DNA of 26,847 nucleotides, from IMG/VR virus record IMGVR_UViG_3300025789_001193, positions 1 to 26,847 of that record. One strand, given 5' to 3'. The notes beneath the pieces are model-generated. The model did not search any database. It was not told where the DNA came from and was given only the letters and a program-made list of their open reading frames with translations. Positions 26,101-26,847 of this stretch are shown piece after piece; position 1 is the first letter of the stretch; every line of letters begins with the position of its first letter. The translations under genes and the position numbers were made by a program. Origin of the DNA: a virus. Lineage: Duplodnaviria > Caudoviricetes.

Positions 26101-26847
26101 ATCCAGCAATGTCCTTAATGATATTACAGTAGTATTGTTTTTGTTGATGTAGATATGGATTACGATATGCTTCCACCACAGTCTTAACAAACTGCTCTAC
26201 TTGCTGTGGAGTGTTAATATGTGGGAACAAGCCGTTGGGTTCAACAGCATAGTCAATCAAGTAACAGGCTTTCTCGATGGCAATTTCTTCTAGCCCACCA
26301 AATCGGCAAGTAACGCTGGGCGTGTTGTATAGCAAACTTTCCAATGTACTGATACCATATGTCTCCGGGAAGGCACATGGATAAATCATAAAATTAGCTT
26401 GGGCAAGTATACTGGCAATTTCTCGTTGTGGAATTATACCAGTGAACTCAATACCCTTTTCAGCATTAGCAGGGTCAAATGCCATTTCACGCCAATCTGT
26501 TTCCTGTTGGTCAGGAGCATCTGCTGAATTAAACTTGTAGTAGCCACCAATAATTTTTAATTGCGCTTCGGCAATGTGTCGTTTGACATGTGGCCAAATT
26601 AGTTTAACCAGCGGAATCATTCCCTTGGTCACTGACGCATTGTAGACAAATAAGTTACGGTCCTTGGCAGCAATATCCACTTCGGGAATATAATTATAGG
26701 CACCATTGCGTGTGATGAATACTTTACGCTTGAGTACTTCAAAGTTACGTTTTTTTCCGTGATCACAGTTGAGCACATAGGTAGTATGCCAATCGCTCAA
26801 CGTAAAAATATCAGTGATACGGTCACTTACTGCGAGATCTTCAATTA
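23189..26847 (-). CDS. Multidomain glycosyltransferase (GT4-like plus three GT2-like) fused to an FkbM methyltransferase; 5' end lies beyond the window
   Basis: YPCAFPETYGISTLES (GT-B); ISTFYN...IDDCSTD...LDGDD, IIVPTMW...LNDD and IGIPT...SVDSD...GFGC...SED (GT-A); YDIGA...LIKMDVQGAE (FkbM). The frame stays open to the window edge. Confidence 0.9.
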   Translation of the reverse strand, partial: IEDLAVSDRITDIFTLSDWHTTYVLNCDHGKKRNFEVLKRKVFITRNGAYNYIPEVDIAAKDRNLFVYNASVTKGMIPLVKLIWPHVKRHIAEAQLKIIGGYYKFNSADAPDQQETDWREMAFDPANAEKGIEFTGIIPQREIASILAQANFMIYPCAFPETYGISTLESLLYNTPSVTCRFGGLEEIAIEKACYLIDYAVEPNGLFPHINTPQQVEQFVKTVVEAYRNPYLHQQKQYYCNIIKDIAGWDSVARQWRQQMFRKCGEYLSREDYREVTKINHRLHKIYNRRFHNVVELEDYKPSTEQEIIVISTFYNAEEYIGRCIQSVAQQDYENYHHILIDDCSTDNGFDRAVEAVYALPKEVFKHFSVIRNDVNKGAPRNQVEAIRRITNPNAIVMILDGDDSLVNDNSIFNYYNNIYDGSTEFTYGSCWSMVDNIPLISQPYPEHIKKSKAYRKHKFNWNMPYTHLRTFKRYLINGIPDRMFTDSNGQWYKAGGDGALFYAAIEQARPEKVKCLQDIVYNYNDISPLNDYKVNADLQTLNANDILAKTRIQKYSIIVPTMWKVADQFVKFVDILCEHEAVGEVIIINNDNTKTPPGLQHPKIRMYDFGRNIYVNPAWNFGVEQSRYSHICVLNDDVVFDTDVFLRLQDLMTEDTGLFGLCPGVDVFEQPPVTTKTIDILPWTGQHTYGYGCLFFFNKAVWTPIPQGLDIYFGDNYAFDLQLARGRTNYIIANMDHYTQFAATTKDQTITNGFLERERPIYEQAKIDMYKPVETPVVQVKPNKANPKRILIGIPTAKNIETETFKSIYDLEIPDGYIAEFQCFYGYNIDQVRNLIAHWTVGGFDYLFSVDSDIAFERDTLKKLLAHDKDMVSGLYIQRKPDRHVLEIYEPNAHGGVSNMPYEKLKGRSLVEIAGCGFGCVLVKREVFAKVGYPQFEYHSAIDHAHTISEDNDFCRKARDKGFKIYADPSIQCRHIGSFTFTVDNNIPALPDEDPVTARLRYLGSHKLMPNTHVDYLRRIREEYNFVPQVVYDIGACVLHWTDAAKTVWPEPEYIAFEAMTATEFLYKERNMRYNVGLLSNEDGKELDFYENVENPGGNSYYRENSELSSGADVLYTEAHRRKLRSTTVNTIVQQKQFPLPDLIKMDVQGAELDVLMGAGLALQNAKHVILELQQVEYNKGAPLKDTIIQFMSDCGFECKGIFCDNGPDGDYHFVRR

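Noticed and set aside
1-26847. Stop-codon reassignment as seen in some large phages
   Set aside because: Conserved genes are full length under code 11, and TAA, TAG and TGA all appear as stops.

Overview
Gene-dense, mostly minus-strand segment that reads as a large T4-like or jumbo dsDNA phage genome in standard code 11. Evidence: class Ia nrdAB with glutaredoxin, a PD-(D/E)XK exonuclease, a block of head-scaffold-like and virion-like ORFs, and a TAAATA motif upstream of many genes. Host-type genes include ahpC-ahpD behind an OxyR-like box, 2OG-Fe(II) oxygenases, a GNAT, an exported non-specific nuclease and a giant glycosyltransferase-methyltransferase fusion truncated at the right edge. The most unusual locus is 1486-2740 (minus strand). 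It holds a circularly permuted, two-piece tmRNA (tag ANDDTFLLAANA) and a free-standing GIY-YIG endonuclease gene that appears to have inserted at the tmRNA T-loop. A stranded acceptor-piece fragment lies upstream and a variant copy with an atypical T-arm lies downstream. An unannotated 23-aa highly basic peptide gene precedes the whole unit. Two further GC-rich structured-RNA candidates (about 4608-4695 and 22092-22197) could not be assigned to a family. All family calls come from motifs read by eye; no database searches were run.
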